Shown here: piece after piece, positions 18,878-29,941 of the stretch
How positions within the stretch are numbered: the stretch's first letter is position 1
Layout of the letters: each line of letters opens with the position of its first letter
Assembly: GCA_965204755.1 (NCBI GenBank)
Contig: OZ242011.1
Coordinates: 640,001-704,000 of the forward strand
Source of the DNA: Candidatus Marinacidobacterium sp.
GTDB taxonomy: Bacteria; Acidobacteriota; Vicinamibacteria; Marinacidobacterales; Marinacidobacteraceae
Reading direction: 5' to 3'
Length of the DNA stretch: 64,000 bases
Notes under the pieces: generated by a model
Databases searched by the model: none
Told to the model about the DNA's origin: nothing
The model's input: only the letters and a program-made list of their open reading frames with translations
Made by a program: the position numbers and the translations under genes

Positions 18878-18961
18878 CCGCGGCGGCGTCCGCAATAGAG
18901 TCCGCGGGAAGAGTCTTCGAATCGGGGCGTCCCCGACCCTGCTCCAAATCCAGGTCGAACG

Positions 18962-20275
18962 ATGCTGAAACGGATACGCGTCCGGAACTACAAGTCGCTG
19001 CGCGACATCGAGGCGTCGTTCCCGAACTTGGTCGCGCTCTTCGGCGCGAACGCCGCCGGCAAGAGCAACCTGTTGGACGCAATGCAGTTGCTGTCGCGCC
19101 TCGGGACGAGTCGCACCGTCAAGGAGGCGTTCGAGCCGCCCTACCGAGGCAGCCCCATCGAGTCGTTTTCCTTCGAAGAGGGGGGCATCCCGGCTCTCGT
19201 GAAGCGGGAGCGGCTGGCGTTCTCGATCGAGGCGGATCTGTCGCTCTCCGACGCCGTGGTCGAGTCGGTCCATCGAGAGATCGAGGCCATGCGGCAACCC
19301 GGACGCAAGGACCGGGTGGCCGGCAAGGGGATCACTCCGGGGCGCGTTCGCGAGCGAAGTCTCCGTTACCGGGTGGAAGTGGAAATGAGGCCGGACTCCG
19401 GCGTCCTGCGCGTCGCGGACGAGTACCTCGCGGCGCTGAACTCCAAAGGCCAGCCGACCGGAAGCCGGAATCCGTTTCTGGAGCGGCGAGGCGAGCGCAT
19501 CCACCTGCGTCTCGAGGGACAGGCGCATCCTACCTACTACGAGCGGTACCTGGACCGGACGATCCTCTCCATGCCGCACTATCCGCCGCACCATCCGCAC
19601 CTGACTGCGGCGCGGCGCGAACTGGAGAACTGGCTCTTCTACTACTTCGAACCGCGGGAGCGGATGCGCGCCCCGAACCCGATGCGGGAAGTGCGGCGGC
19701 TGGGCGTGATGGGCGAGGACCTCGCTGCATTCCTGCGAACGCTCCAGGCGCTCGAACCCGACCAATTCCGGGCCGTCGAGCGAGCGCTCTCCCTGGTCGT
19801 GCCGAATGTCGGCGGAGTCGAATTGGGGGTGGACGCTCTGGGGGAGGTCGAACTCTGCCTCAAGGAGAACGGCGCAGCGGTCCCTGCCGGCGTGCTGTCC
19901 GAGGGCACGCTGCGGGTGCTCGGGCTCCTCGCGCTCACCGGCACCTCCGAGCCCCCGGCGATCGTGGGCCTCGAAGAACCGGAGAACGGGGTGCACCCCG
20001 GCCGCGTGCAGTTGATCGCCGAGTTCCTGAAGACGAGGGCGGAGACCGGACAGACCCAGTACTTCGTCACCACGCACTCGCCGCTGTTGGTGGACCTCCT
20101 TCCGCAGGAATCCCTGTTCGCGGTGCGGCGCAGCGAACGGCAGACGCACATCGCGCCGCTTTCCGCTTGGGGGCCGCTCTTCTACCGCGGCGAGGCGGCC
20201 GAGGCGTTTCACGGCGAGCAGCCGGGGGACCGCCCCGTGTCGTCCCGCATCCTCCGCGGCGACTTCGATGCGTGA
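18962..20275 (+). CDS. ABC/SMC-type (AAA_21-like) ATPase
   Basis: Walker A GANAAGKS, signature LSEGT, Walker B LEEPENGVHP, H-loop TTHS. Confidence 0.9.
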   Translation: MLKRIRVRNYKSLRDIEASFPNLVALFGANAAGKSNLLDAMQLLSRLGTSRTVKEAFEPPYRGSPIESFSFEEGGIPALVKRERLAFSIEADLSLSDAVVESVHREIEAMRQPGRKDRVAGKGITPGRVRERSLRYRVEVEMRPDSGVLRVADEYLAALNSKGQPTGSRNPFLERRGERIHLRLEGQAHPTYYERYLDRTILSMPHYPPHHPHLTAARRELENWLFYYFEPRERMRAPNPMREVRRLGVMGEDLAAFLRTLQALEPDQFRAVERALSLVVPNVGGVELGVDALGEVELCLKENGAAVPAGVLSEGTLRVLGLLALTGTSEPPAIVGLEEPENGVHPGRVQLIAEFLKTRAETGQTQYFVTTHSPLLVDLLPQESLFAVRRSERQTHIAPLSAWGPLFYRGEAAEAFHGEQPGDRPVSSRILRGDFDA

Positions 20276-20882
20276 AACCGCGCTGTTCGTCGAGGACTAC
20301 GCCCACCGGGCGGTCGTCGGGGCGTTGGTCCGGCGGGTGGTTCGGGAGGCCGGGATCGAAGCGCGCTTCGAGTGGCGGAACGCTTCGGGAGGCGCCGGCC
20401 GAGTCGCCCGGGAACTCCGGGACTTCCTGAGCGACCTGGACCGCGAGGCGCCCCAGGCGCCCGGAGCGCGCCGGCCCGATCTCGTCATCGTCGCCACGGA
20501 CGCCAACTGCCGGGGCGTGAGAGAGCGGGTGCAGGAGATTCTCCCGAAGAATCCCGGCCGCCCGTTCCCGATCGTCCTCGCCATTCCCGACCCCCATATC
20601 GAGCGCTGGCTGCTTCTCGACGGCGCGGCGTTCCGAAAGATCTTCGGGCGGGGTTGCGACGCCCCGGACTCCAAGTGCGCCCGAAACCGCTACAAGCAGA
20701 TGTTGACCCGGCAGATCGCGAAGGCCGGCCTGCGGCCGCCGGTCGGAGGAATCGAGTTCGCCGAGGACCTCGTGGAGGCGATGGACCTCGATCGGGCGGC
20801 ACGCGCCGATCGGTCATTCGCCCGCTTCCTCTCGGAGTTGACGCGCGCCCTCCGAACCCCCGGCGCCGGAGCGCGGGACTGA
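20268..20882 (+). CDS. DUF4276/TOPRIM-like partner of the ATPase
   Basis: Overlaps the ATPase by 8 nt; acidic motifs LFVED, VATDAN and PHIERWLLLD. Confidence 0.7.
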   Translation: MRETALFVEDYAHRAVVGALVRRVVREAGIEARFEWRNASGGAGRVARELRDFLSDLDREAPQAPGARRPDLVIVATDANCRGVRERVQEILPKNPGRPFPIVLAIPDPHIERWLLLDGAAFRKIFGRGCDAPDSKCARNRYKQMLTRQIAKAGLRPPVGGIEFAEDLVEAMDLDRAARADRSFARFLSELTRALRTPGAGARD

Positions 20883-20889
20883 CGAGACC

Positions 20890-20910
20890 CTCCGCGATCT
20901 CGTCGCGGAG
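20890..20910. terminator. Stem-loop between convergent gene pairs
   Basis: ctccgcga-tctcg-tcgcggag, a perfect 8-bp stem directly after the stop; no U-tract. Confidence 0.4.
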
Positions 20911-20925
20911 GCGCCGGGCGCGGGC

Positions 20926-20968
20926 GTTTACTCGCCGAGAGGGTCGGAGGCGCGTGGAGTCCGATCTC
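20926..20968. repeat. Degenerate direct repeat of the CoA-transferase 3' end (partner at 23061-23104)
   Basis: gtttactcgccgag-agggtc-ggaggcgcg versus gtttactcgccgag-ggcgcc-ggaggcgcg (26/29 identical). Confidence 0.7.
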
Positions 20969-20987
20969 CACGAGGTCCGGGCGGCGC

Positions 20988-21542
20988 TCAGTTCCCATCC
21001 ACTCGAGTCGCCGCCAGTACGGCGGCGAGCGATATCCGATCCCGCGCGAAGATCGCGAACCTTTCCCCCTTCCAGCATCGGCGCCACGCGGACTCCTTCG
21101 GGTTCACTCGAACCGCATCCTTCATCAAGTTCGCCCCGAACCGACCGGCGAACACGACATACCGAAATTCGAGAGGACCTCGCGGCCCGTCCTCGAGCCT
21201 TCCCAGCGCCCCGAGATACTCCACGATCGGCCTCGTCCGAACGAGTTGGTCGAGTGGCTTGGTGTCATACCCGATCGTCTTTTTGAGTTCCACCAATATC
21301 GCATAATCGACTTGGCCCAACGCCGCGAGAACGATGTAGTCACACTTCCGGCGCCGCTCGCCGCGTTTGACAGCCGAAAGATGGTCCAGACTCCGAAGTG
21401 AGATCGTAGCCGCCCCGGCGGCGACGCCGAACAAAGTCACCGCCATCTCGCCCCTCTCTTCCAAGCGCACCTCGCCCCCGGCGTCGGCATCAACGAAGAC
21501 TTTCTCTTCGAGGACGCGTCGCAGCGCCCCGTCCCAATTCAC
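20988..21542 (-). CDS. Putative PD-(D/E)xK nuclease partner of the upstream ATPase
   Basis: GTG 21542 overlaps the ATPase TGA; KCDYIV...ILVELKK...DQL. Confidence 0.7.
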   Translation of the reverse strand: MNWDGALRRVLEEKVFVDADAGGEVRLEERGEMAVTLFGVAAGAATISLRSLDHLSAVKRGERRRKCDYIVLAALGQVDYAILVELKKTIGYDTKPLDQLVRTRPIVEYLGALGRLEDGPRGPLEFRYVVFAGRFGANLMKDAVRVNPKESAWRRCWKGERFAIFARDRISLAAVLAATRVDGN

Positions 21543-22969
21543 TCGACGCCCTCCTCCTGTTCCATAACCCATCCTGCTATCCGCTGCGATCGCTCGTTGA
21601 TGGAGTCTATGGTCGCTTCGAACACCGGATAGTCGAGGCCGTAATCGTTGGCGTCGCACCTGTCGAGTCCGCCGTCGCGCGCGACATAGGCGCAGACATC
21701 CTCCGTCCGCAGCGCCGAGTCGCGCCGATAGCCGTAACGCTCGACAGCCGCGTCCCTGTTCGTCAGTCGGCCGAGCATCAGGAGATTGTTGATCTCCTTG
21801 ACGATGTAGTCACTGTGCGTCGTAATCAGTACTCGAATCCCGAGGTTCGAGATCTTCGCCAGAAGACGGGCGAGTTGCACTTGGTTCTCGGTATCCAGGT
21901 GACTCTCCGGTTCGTCGATGATCAACAGTTGCTGATGCTGTGCAACATGTCGGAGGTAGAAGTAGAAGTCCGAGAGTCCGCGCGCCGAAGACGACGCCCG
22001 ATAGAGCGGAACATTGAAGTGCTTGTCCTTGCGCCGCCTCGAGATGAAATGGACATCTCCACCGGCGAGGCGGTAGTAGCCGTCCATCATGGCCTTGATC
22101 TCGTCGTGGAGTTTGGATTCCCGCACCTCGCTGGCCTCTTTCCGCACATCGGGGAGACTTCTGGTGTAGTCGATGTTGTCCTTGATCGGGCTCGCGTAAC
22201 GACTCATGGTCCGGTCGATGATCCAGAACGGGCTTCGCCGATCGGCTCGATTCCCCTCGCGCAACTGCTGCAGCAACTCGACGAGTTGATTCTTGGTGAA
22301 ATCCAATTCGCGGTGAAAGAGGGAGATCCCGAACCGCTCGGCGGTCAGGATGAAGGGATCGGGGAAATCCGACAGCAACAACTGCAGATAAGCGCCCGCT
22401 ACGACCGGCTCGAATGTTGGGCCCGGATTCGGCGACTTGCGGCCGCGGCCGGTGACTCTGGCCCAGATATGACCGTCGTCGTATCCGACGGACAGCGTCC
22501 GTTTGTCTGACAGATCCGTGTTCTGCGACGGAATGCTCTCCGGAAGCGGCGCCGGCCACTCGACACTCAAACGCGCGCCTTGAAAGTCGGTGGAGGAGGC
22601 GCTCAACACGCGGGAGAGTTGGGTCTCCGAGAAGTCTGCGGTGAGTCGTCCGGCGATGGCGGCCCGCTCCCGAGAGAGGGTTATCGGATCGACGCGCCGC
22701 GTGGCGTAACCGTCGCGGGAAAGAGTCCCGGTCAGGGCCGCCAGATCGAGGGGCTCCGGAGCGTCATGCCCGTCTGCCGGAGCCGGCCCGGGAGGAGCGG
22801 CCAACGCCGCGGGGATTTCGGGCCAGCCCATCCACTGCTTCAAGAACCCGTACAGCGTGTAAGCGAGATAGGTCTTGCCGGTATTGTTCCGGCCGGCGAT
22901 GATCGTGATTCGCCCGAGTTCGAGGTCGGCAGCCTTGATCGGCCCGATGTTGCGGAAACGAAAAATCAT
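21539..22969 (-). CDS. AAA_15/AAA_21-type ATPase
   Basis: FRNIGPI, GRNNTGKT, AERFG, LIIDEPESHL, ITTHSDY; lower GC than its flanks. Confidence 0.9.
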   Translation of the reverse strand: MIFRFRNIGPIKAADLELGRITIIAGRNNTGKTYLAYTLYGFLKQWMGWPEIPAALAAPPGPAPADGHDAPEPLDLAALTGTLSRDGYATRRVDPITLSRERAAIAGRLTADFSETQLSRVLSASSTDFQGARLSVEWPAPLPESIPSQNTDLSDKRTLSVGYDDGHIWARVTGRGRKSPNPGPTFEPVVAGAYLQLLLSDFPDPFILTAERFGISLFHRELDFTKNQLVELLQQLREGNRADRRSPFWIIDRTMSRYASPIKDNIDYTRSLPDVRKEASEVRESKLHDEIKAMMDGYYRLAGGDVHFISRRRKDKHFNVPLYRASSSARGLSDFYFYLRHVAQHQQLLIIDEPESHLDTENQVQLARLLAKISNLGIRVLITTHSDYIVKEINNLLMLGRLTNRDAAVERYGYRRDSALRTEDVCAYVARDGGLDRCDANDYGLDYPVFEATIDSINERSQRIAGWVMEQEEGVE

Positions 22970-23062
22970 CGTGAGATTCGAGGACGAAGAGTTTCCAAGG
23001 GGGGTGGGTTCCCCGCCCGTATCCCGCGGAGCGGGGCCGGGAGTCCGACCACTCCAGGGAGT

Positions 23063-24286
23063 TTACTCGCCGAGGGCGCCGGAGGCGCGGAGGGTTCGGA
23101 TCTCGGCGGGCGTGTAGCCGGCGACGCGGGAGAGGACGGCTTCGGTGTGCTGTCCCTTGAGGGGGGGCGGCTCCTTCGCCGATTCGCTCGTTCCGTCGAA
23201 CTGCACCGGGTTTCCGACCAGGCGCAGCCGGTCGAGGGCCGGGTCGCCGTCCGCGGCGCCGCCGGAGAACGACGGGTGTTCCCGTTCGATCACCATGCCG
23301 CGAGATTGGAGTTGGGGGCTCGCCAGGACTTCGGCCACCCGGCGTACGCGGCCCACCGGGACTCCGGCTTCGCCGAGGCCGTGCTCCCAGTGGCGGACCG
23401 ACTCCTTCCGGAAGATCGGCTCCAGGAGGGAGCGCAACTCGCGGCGGCGGCGCACGCGGTCGGGGTTTCGGGCGAACTCCGGACGGTCGAGATCCGGCGA
23501 AACCACGGAACAGAAGCGCTCCCAAGCCGGATCGTTGCCCACCGCGACGATCACATGGCCGTCCTCGGCCTCGAAACTCTCGTAAGGAGTCAACGACGGG
23601 TGGGTGTTTCCGGCGCGTTCGGGTTCCTGCCCGGTCAACAGGTATCCCTGCGCCTGGTAGCAGAGCGTCGCCACGACGGAGTCGAAGAGCGCCACATCCA
23701 CCCGGCGCCCCCGGCCGTCGCGCTCCCGGGCGAACAGCGCCGCCAGGATCCCGCTCGCCGCCAGCATCCCCGCGCAGATGTCCGCGAGGGAAGCGCCCAC
23801 CTTCGTCGGTTCGCCGTCCGCCGACCCGGTGAGACTCATCCAGCCGGCTTCCCCCTGCATGATCGCGTCGTAACCGGGCCGGTCGGAGAGCGGCCCGTAC
23901 TGTCCGTAGGCGGACACGGAGCACCGGACGAGGCGCGGGTTCCCCGCGAGCACCTCTTCCGGGGGAAACCCGAGCCGGGCGAGCGTGCCCGGTCGGAAGT
24001 TCTCGAGCAGCACATCGCTCTTGGCGATGAGGCGGGAGAGCGCCTCCCGGCCGCCCTCCGTCTTGAGATCGAGCGTGACGCCCTGCTTGCCTCGATTCAC
24101 CGCGAGGAAGTACGCGCTCTCGCCGAACGCGAACGGAGGGCCCCAACCCCTCGTATCGTCGCCGGCCGGAGATTCGACCTTGAGGACTTCCGCGCCGAAG
24201 TCCGCGAGCAGCATGGTGGCGTACGGTCCGGCGAGCACCCGGGAGAGATCGGTGACCCGCACCCCGGCGAGCGGGGCGCCGGTCAT
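23063..24286 (-). CDS. Family III CoA-transferase (CaiB/BaiF)
   Basis: DLSRVLAGP, ADFGAEVLKVE, NRGK, ENFRPG, GYDAIMQ; ATG at 24286. Confidence 0.92.
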   Translation of the reverse strand: MTGAPLAGVRVTDLSRVLAGPYATMLLADFGAEVLKVESPAGDDTRGWGPPFAFGESAYFLAVNRGKQGVTLDLKTEGGREALSRLIAKSDVLLENFRPGTLARLGFPPEEVLAGNPRLVRCSVSAYGQYGPLSDRPGYDAIMQGEAGWMSLTGSADGEPTKVGASLADICAGMLAASGILAALFARERDGRGRRVDVALFDSVVATLCYQAQGYLLTGQEPERAGNTHPSLTPYESFEAEDGHVIVAVGNDPAWERFCSVVSPDLDRPEFARNPDRVRRRRELRSLLEPIFRKESVRHWEHGLGEAGVPVGRVRRVAEVLASPQLQSRGMVIEREHPSFSGGAADGDPALDRLRLVGNPVQFDGTSESAKEPPPLKGQHTEAVLSRVAGYTPAEIRTLRASGALGE

Positions 24287-25647
24287 CGGGCCGGGGCCGC
24301 CGCGGCGGCGAGCGCGCGGTCGAGAAGCGTCAGCGCCTCCTCGGCGTCGGAGCGGGCGATGTTGAGCGGCGGGGAGATGCGAACGCAGTTCCCGTAGAGA
24401 CCGCCCTTTCCGATGAGGAGTCCCTCGTCCCGCGCGCACTGGAGCAGGCGCTCGGTGAACGCGGCGTCCGGCTCCTTGGTTTCGCGGTCCGCGACGAACT
24501 CGAGCGCGAGCATGAGTCCCTTGCCCCGGACATCGCCGATCTTCGGGTGTTCGTCCATCAGCGCGCGGAGCCCTTCTTCGAGGAAAGCGCCGACGCGCTC
24601 GGCGTTCTCCTCCAGGCGGTCGCGCTCCACGATGTCGATCACGGCGCGCGCCGCCGCCATGCTCACCGGGTTCCCGCCGAAAGTCGAAAGCGTGTTCCCG
24701 GCGACGGAGTCCGCGATCTCCGCGGTGGCGACCGTGGCCGCGACCGGGACGCCGTTGCCCATGGCCTTGGCATAGGTCACGATGTCCGGGACGACCTCCC
24801 AGTGTTCGATCCCGTTCAGGAAACCGCCGGTCCGGCCCCAGCCGGTCTGCACCTCGTCGCAGATGAAGACCCCGCCGTAGCGGCGCACGATCTCCACCGC
24901 GACCTCGAAGTATCCCGGCGGAGGCGTGATGAAGCCGCCCACGCCCTGGATCGGTTCCGCGATGAAACCGGCGACCCTTCCGGAGGTCGTCGTGCGGATC
25001 ACATCTTCGATGTCGCGGGCGCAGCGCAACTCGCAGTCCGGGTAGGTCAAACCGAACGGACAGCGGTAGCAGTAGGCATTGGCCACATGCTTGATCCCGG
25101 GCACATGGCTGCCGCCGAGCCGCCAGGAATGCTGGCCGGTGGCGGTCATGGTGAGCAGGCTGCGGCCGCTGTAGCCGTGGCGCAGCGCGATGAGTTCCGA
25201 GTTTCCGGTGTGGAGTTCGGCGAGCAGCACGGCGAATTCGTTGGCTTCGGTGCCGGAGTTCGTGAAGAAACTCTTCTCGCAGTCTCCGGGAGCGACGCGG
25301 GCCAGCCGCTCGGCCACTTCCACCATCGGCCGGTTCGGGAAGAGCGTCGAAACATGCTGCAGGGTGTCCACCTGCTCCCGGATCTGGTGGTTCACCTCGG
25401 GGTGGCAGTGGCCGAGCCCGACGGTGACGATGCCGCCGAAGAAGTCGAGATACCGGTTGCCGTCGGCGTCCCACACCTGCTTGCCCTCCCCCCGGACGAT
25501 GGGCATCGGCTCGTCGTAGAAGGTCTGGACCGCCGGGAACACATAGCGGCGGTGGGCGTCGCGGATCGCGTCCGCGTCCTTCGGGGAGCGACAGCCGGGG
25601 GGCGTGTCCTCCGGCGGCGGGGCGTCTCGGCCGGCGGGCTGGTTCAT
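24283..25647 (-). CDS. Class III PLP aminotransferase (AGXT2/beta-alanine-pyruvate-like)
   Basis: YLDFFGGI, NSGTEANE, AEPIQGVGG, DEVQTGWGRTG, AKAMGNG, STFGGNP. Confidence 0.9.
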   Translation of the reverse strand: MNQPAGRDAPPPEDTPPGCRSPKDADAIRDAHRRYVFPAVQTFYDEPMPIVRGEGKQVWDADGNRYLDFFGGIVTVGLGHCHPEVNHQIREQVDTLQHVSTLFPNRPMVEVAERLARVAPGDCEKSFFTNSGTEANEFAVLLAELHTGNSELIALRHGYSGRSLLTMTATGQHSWRLGGSHVPGIKHVANAYCYRCPFGLTYPDCELRCARDIEDVIRTTTSGRVAGFIAEPIQGVGGFITPPPGYFEVAVEIVRRYGGVFICDEVQTGWGRTGGFLNGIEHWEVVPDIVTYAKAMGNGVPVAATVATAEIADSVAGNTLSTFGGNPVSMAAARAVIDIVERDRLEENAERVGAFLEEGLRALMDEHPKIGDVRGKGLMLALEFVADRETKEPDAAFTERLLQCARDEGLLIGKGGLYGNCVRISPPLNIARSDAEEALTLLDRALAAAAAPAR

Positions 25648-25666
25648 GGCCGGGATTGTCGCACGG

Positions 25667-26395
25667 TCAGCCCCGGTCGGCGGCCTCGGCGCCGGTCTCG
25701 ATCCAGTTCGAGATCAGGCCGGCGAGCGAGCCGACCAGGCCGAGCGCCAAGGTCTTGAGCCACACCGCGATCAGGCTTCCGCCGGCGGTGACCGCGTGGT
25801 GGTCGCCGAAGTCCGTCGGCTCGGCGCCGAAGAAGGTCGCCACCGACCAGAGCAGCGCGTCTTCGGCGGTCAGGATGTTCGCTTCCGGGTGACGGCTCTC
25901 CAGCCCCAGGATCAGGAAACTGGCGAGGATCAACGAGATCACGATGAGCGAAGACACGGTGGCGGCGACCGTCTTGGCGCGGCCCACCCGGAACAGCGCG
26001 GCGAACCCGTGGACGGCGCGGGTCGCGGAGCGGAGCACGCGGAGGATCAGGACCAGCCGGATCGCGCGAAATCCCCGGAGCGGCTCCACGATCGGAACAG
26101 ACGCGAGGAAGTCCGACCAACCCCAGTGCCACCAGCGCTTCCGGTTCGGCGACTTCCAGAGGTCCCAGGCCGCCTTGCTGAAGAAGAGGACGCAGATCAC
26201 CCAGTCGATGTACTCGGCGAGTTCCCGGAACTCCGTGCTCGCCGAAGGCCGCAGCGTCAGGGCGTAGAGGGCCACCGAGCCGAGCGCGAGGACCGCGTAC
26301 AGCGACTCGACGACGACCTGCGAGCCGGTCGGCGCCGGCTCCCCGGAGATCGAACCGTCGTTCGGGCGGGGACCGGAGCCCGGAGGCCGGCTCAC
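25667..26395 (-). CDS. 6-TM voltage-gated ion channel homologue with a non-canonical filter
   Basis: GTG 26395 overlaps the exonuclease stop; S3 WSDFLASVP, S4 LRGFRAIRLVLILRVLR, pore helix DALLWSVAT, filter FFGAEPTDFGD. Confidence 0.82.
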   Translation of the reverse strand: MSRPPGSGPRPNDGSISGEPAPTGSQVVVESLYAVLALGSVALYALTLRPSASTEFRELAEYIDWVICVLFFSKAAWDLWKSPNRKRWWHWGWSDFLASVPIVEPLRGFRAIRLVLILRVLRSATRAVHGFAALFRVGRAKTVAATVSSLIVISLILASFLILGLESRHPEANILTAEDALLWSVATFFGAEPTDFGDHHAVTAGGSLIAVWLKTLALGLVGSLAGLISNWIETGAEAADRG

Positions 26396-27774
26396 CGGCT
26401 GCGCTCCCGGAACTCGGCCGCCGACCAGATCGGGATACCCAGCCGACGGGCGGCGCGGGCCTTCCCGGAGACGGACGCCGCATCGGCCGCCACCAGCAGG
26501 TCGCATCCCCGACGCGTCACGCCGGCGGTCACCCGGAATCCCCGCCCCACCGCCAACGCCTCGAGTCGGTCGCGCTCCCAAGGTATCCCGCCGAGGACGA
26601 CCCGTCCGGTGAAACACACCCGACTCCCCGCCCGGAGCACGGTGATTTCCGGCAGCCGGGTGATGCTCGGCCTCTCGGCGTCCGGGATCCCCAGTTGCCG
26701 GGCCAGGTTCTCGATCACTTCCCGTTCGCGCGGGGTGATGACCCCGTCGCGTTTCGCGGCGTCGACGACGGCGTCGAAGTACTCCCGATGCGCCCGCTGC
26801 CGCACTTCTTCCGGAATACCGCATTCTTCGGCGAGCCGCCGCATCTCGTCCCGCTCTTCGTCGTCCAGGACGCCGTCGTCGAGCACATGGTCGAGGGCGT
26901 CCAGGTACAGGCTCACCGCCTCGTCGCAGTGGGGATAGTGGGCGCGGGACACGACGCGCGGCATCGCCGGCGCCTCGGGGTCGGCCAGGTCGCGGCGCAG
27001 CGTGCGCTTCGTCGGGCGTCGGTCGATGTAACCGATACGGACCGGCTCGCATCGGTCGTCCGGCCGGTCGAGGCCCAGGCGCGCCAGCAGCCCGGCGGTC
27101 GCCCGGGCGTCCGCGAGCGCGCGATGGGCGCAGTCGAGCGGGACGCCGTGGTCGTCGCAGGCCGCCGTCAGCCGCTGTCCGGTCGCGCTAACAGCCCGTG
27201 GAAAGAGCGCCCCGCCGTCCACTCCTCGACGCGAGGGCGCCAAGTCCGCGTTCCGCTTCGCGGCGGGGCGCTCTTCCCACGGGCCGGCGGCGCGAATCGC
27301 TGCGCGATTCCCCCCGCCATCTATCGCGGGGAGGGGGCCACCCCCTCCCCGCACCCCTCCCCGGTCGGCGCTTCGCGCCGACGGGGGCTCCCCGGACTTT
27401 CTCCACGGGCCGCTAAGGGTGCAGATCCCCGCCCCGGGATCCAGCCGAACGCCGCAGCGGTCGAATTCCCGTTGCAGGAAGCGCCGGTCGAACGGCAGGT
27501 TGTGCGCCACGAGGACTCGACCGTGCAGCCTCCGGGCGAAGTCTCCGACGATCTCCTCGAAGGCGGGAGCGAGTTCCAGCATGGACGGGGTGATGCCGTG
27601 GATGGAGGAATGGCCGACATCCCGACCCGGCTGCACCAGGGTGTCGTATTCGTCCACGATCTCCCCGGTTTCCGGATGGAGGCGCACGGCGGCGACATCC
27701 ACCACGCGATCGCTCCGGCGGAACCCGGTGGTCTCCACATCCACGACGACGAGCGGGGGCTGCTCCCGCGGCAT
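26392..27774 (-). CDS. DEDDh 3'-5' exonuclease + TerB-like helical domain + BRCT domain, carrying a 75-codon in-frame insertion
   Basis: VVDVETTG, HNLPFD, HRALADA; repeated DGVLDDEE/DGVITPRE; BRCT VCFTG...SGKARAARRLGIPI. Confidence 0.88.
   Translation of the reverse strand: MPREQPPLVVVDVETTGFRRSDRVVDVAAVRLHPETGEIVDEYDTLVQPGRDVGHSSIHGITPSMLELAPAFEEIVGDFARRLHGRVLVAHNLPFDRRFLQREFDRCGVRLDPGAGICTLSGPWRKSGEPPSARSADRGGVRGGGGPLPAIDGGGNRAAIRAAGPWEERPAAKRNADLAPSRRGVDGGALFPRAVSATGQRLTAACDDHGVPLDCAHRALADARATAGLLARLGLDRPDDRCEPVRIGYIDRRPTKRTLRRDLADPEAPAMPRVVSRAHYPHCDEAVSLYLDALDHVLDDGVLDDEERDEMRRLAEECGIPEEVRQRAHREYFDAVVDAAKRDGVITPREREVIENLARQLGIPDAERPSITRLPEITVLRAGSRVCFTGRVVLGGIPWERDRLEALAVGRGFRVTAGVTRRGCDLLVAADAASVSGKARAARRLGIPIWSAAEFRERSR
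27192..27412. mobile_element. MITE-like palindromic element, 221 bp, with 4-bp target duplication CTAA
   Basis: Imperfect terminal inverted repeats cagcccgtggaaaga / tttctccacgggccg; CTAA at 27188-27191 and 27413-27416; internal hairpins; removing it restores ...GICTLSATGQRL... Confidence 0.85.
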
Positions 27775-27814
27775 CCCGGCCCCCTTCCGGATGACTTTCG
27801 AGCCGTCCCCCGGC

Positions 27815-29914
<2,100 letters not shown>

Positions 29915-29941
29915 GCGGGCTCCGCGCCGAGTGGCCGGCGG

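Noticed and set aside
27192-27412. Exonuclease insertion as an intein or intron
   Set aside because: No Cys/Ser...His-Asn intein ends or intron core; terminal inverted repeats plus target duplication indicate a MITE.
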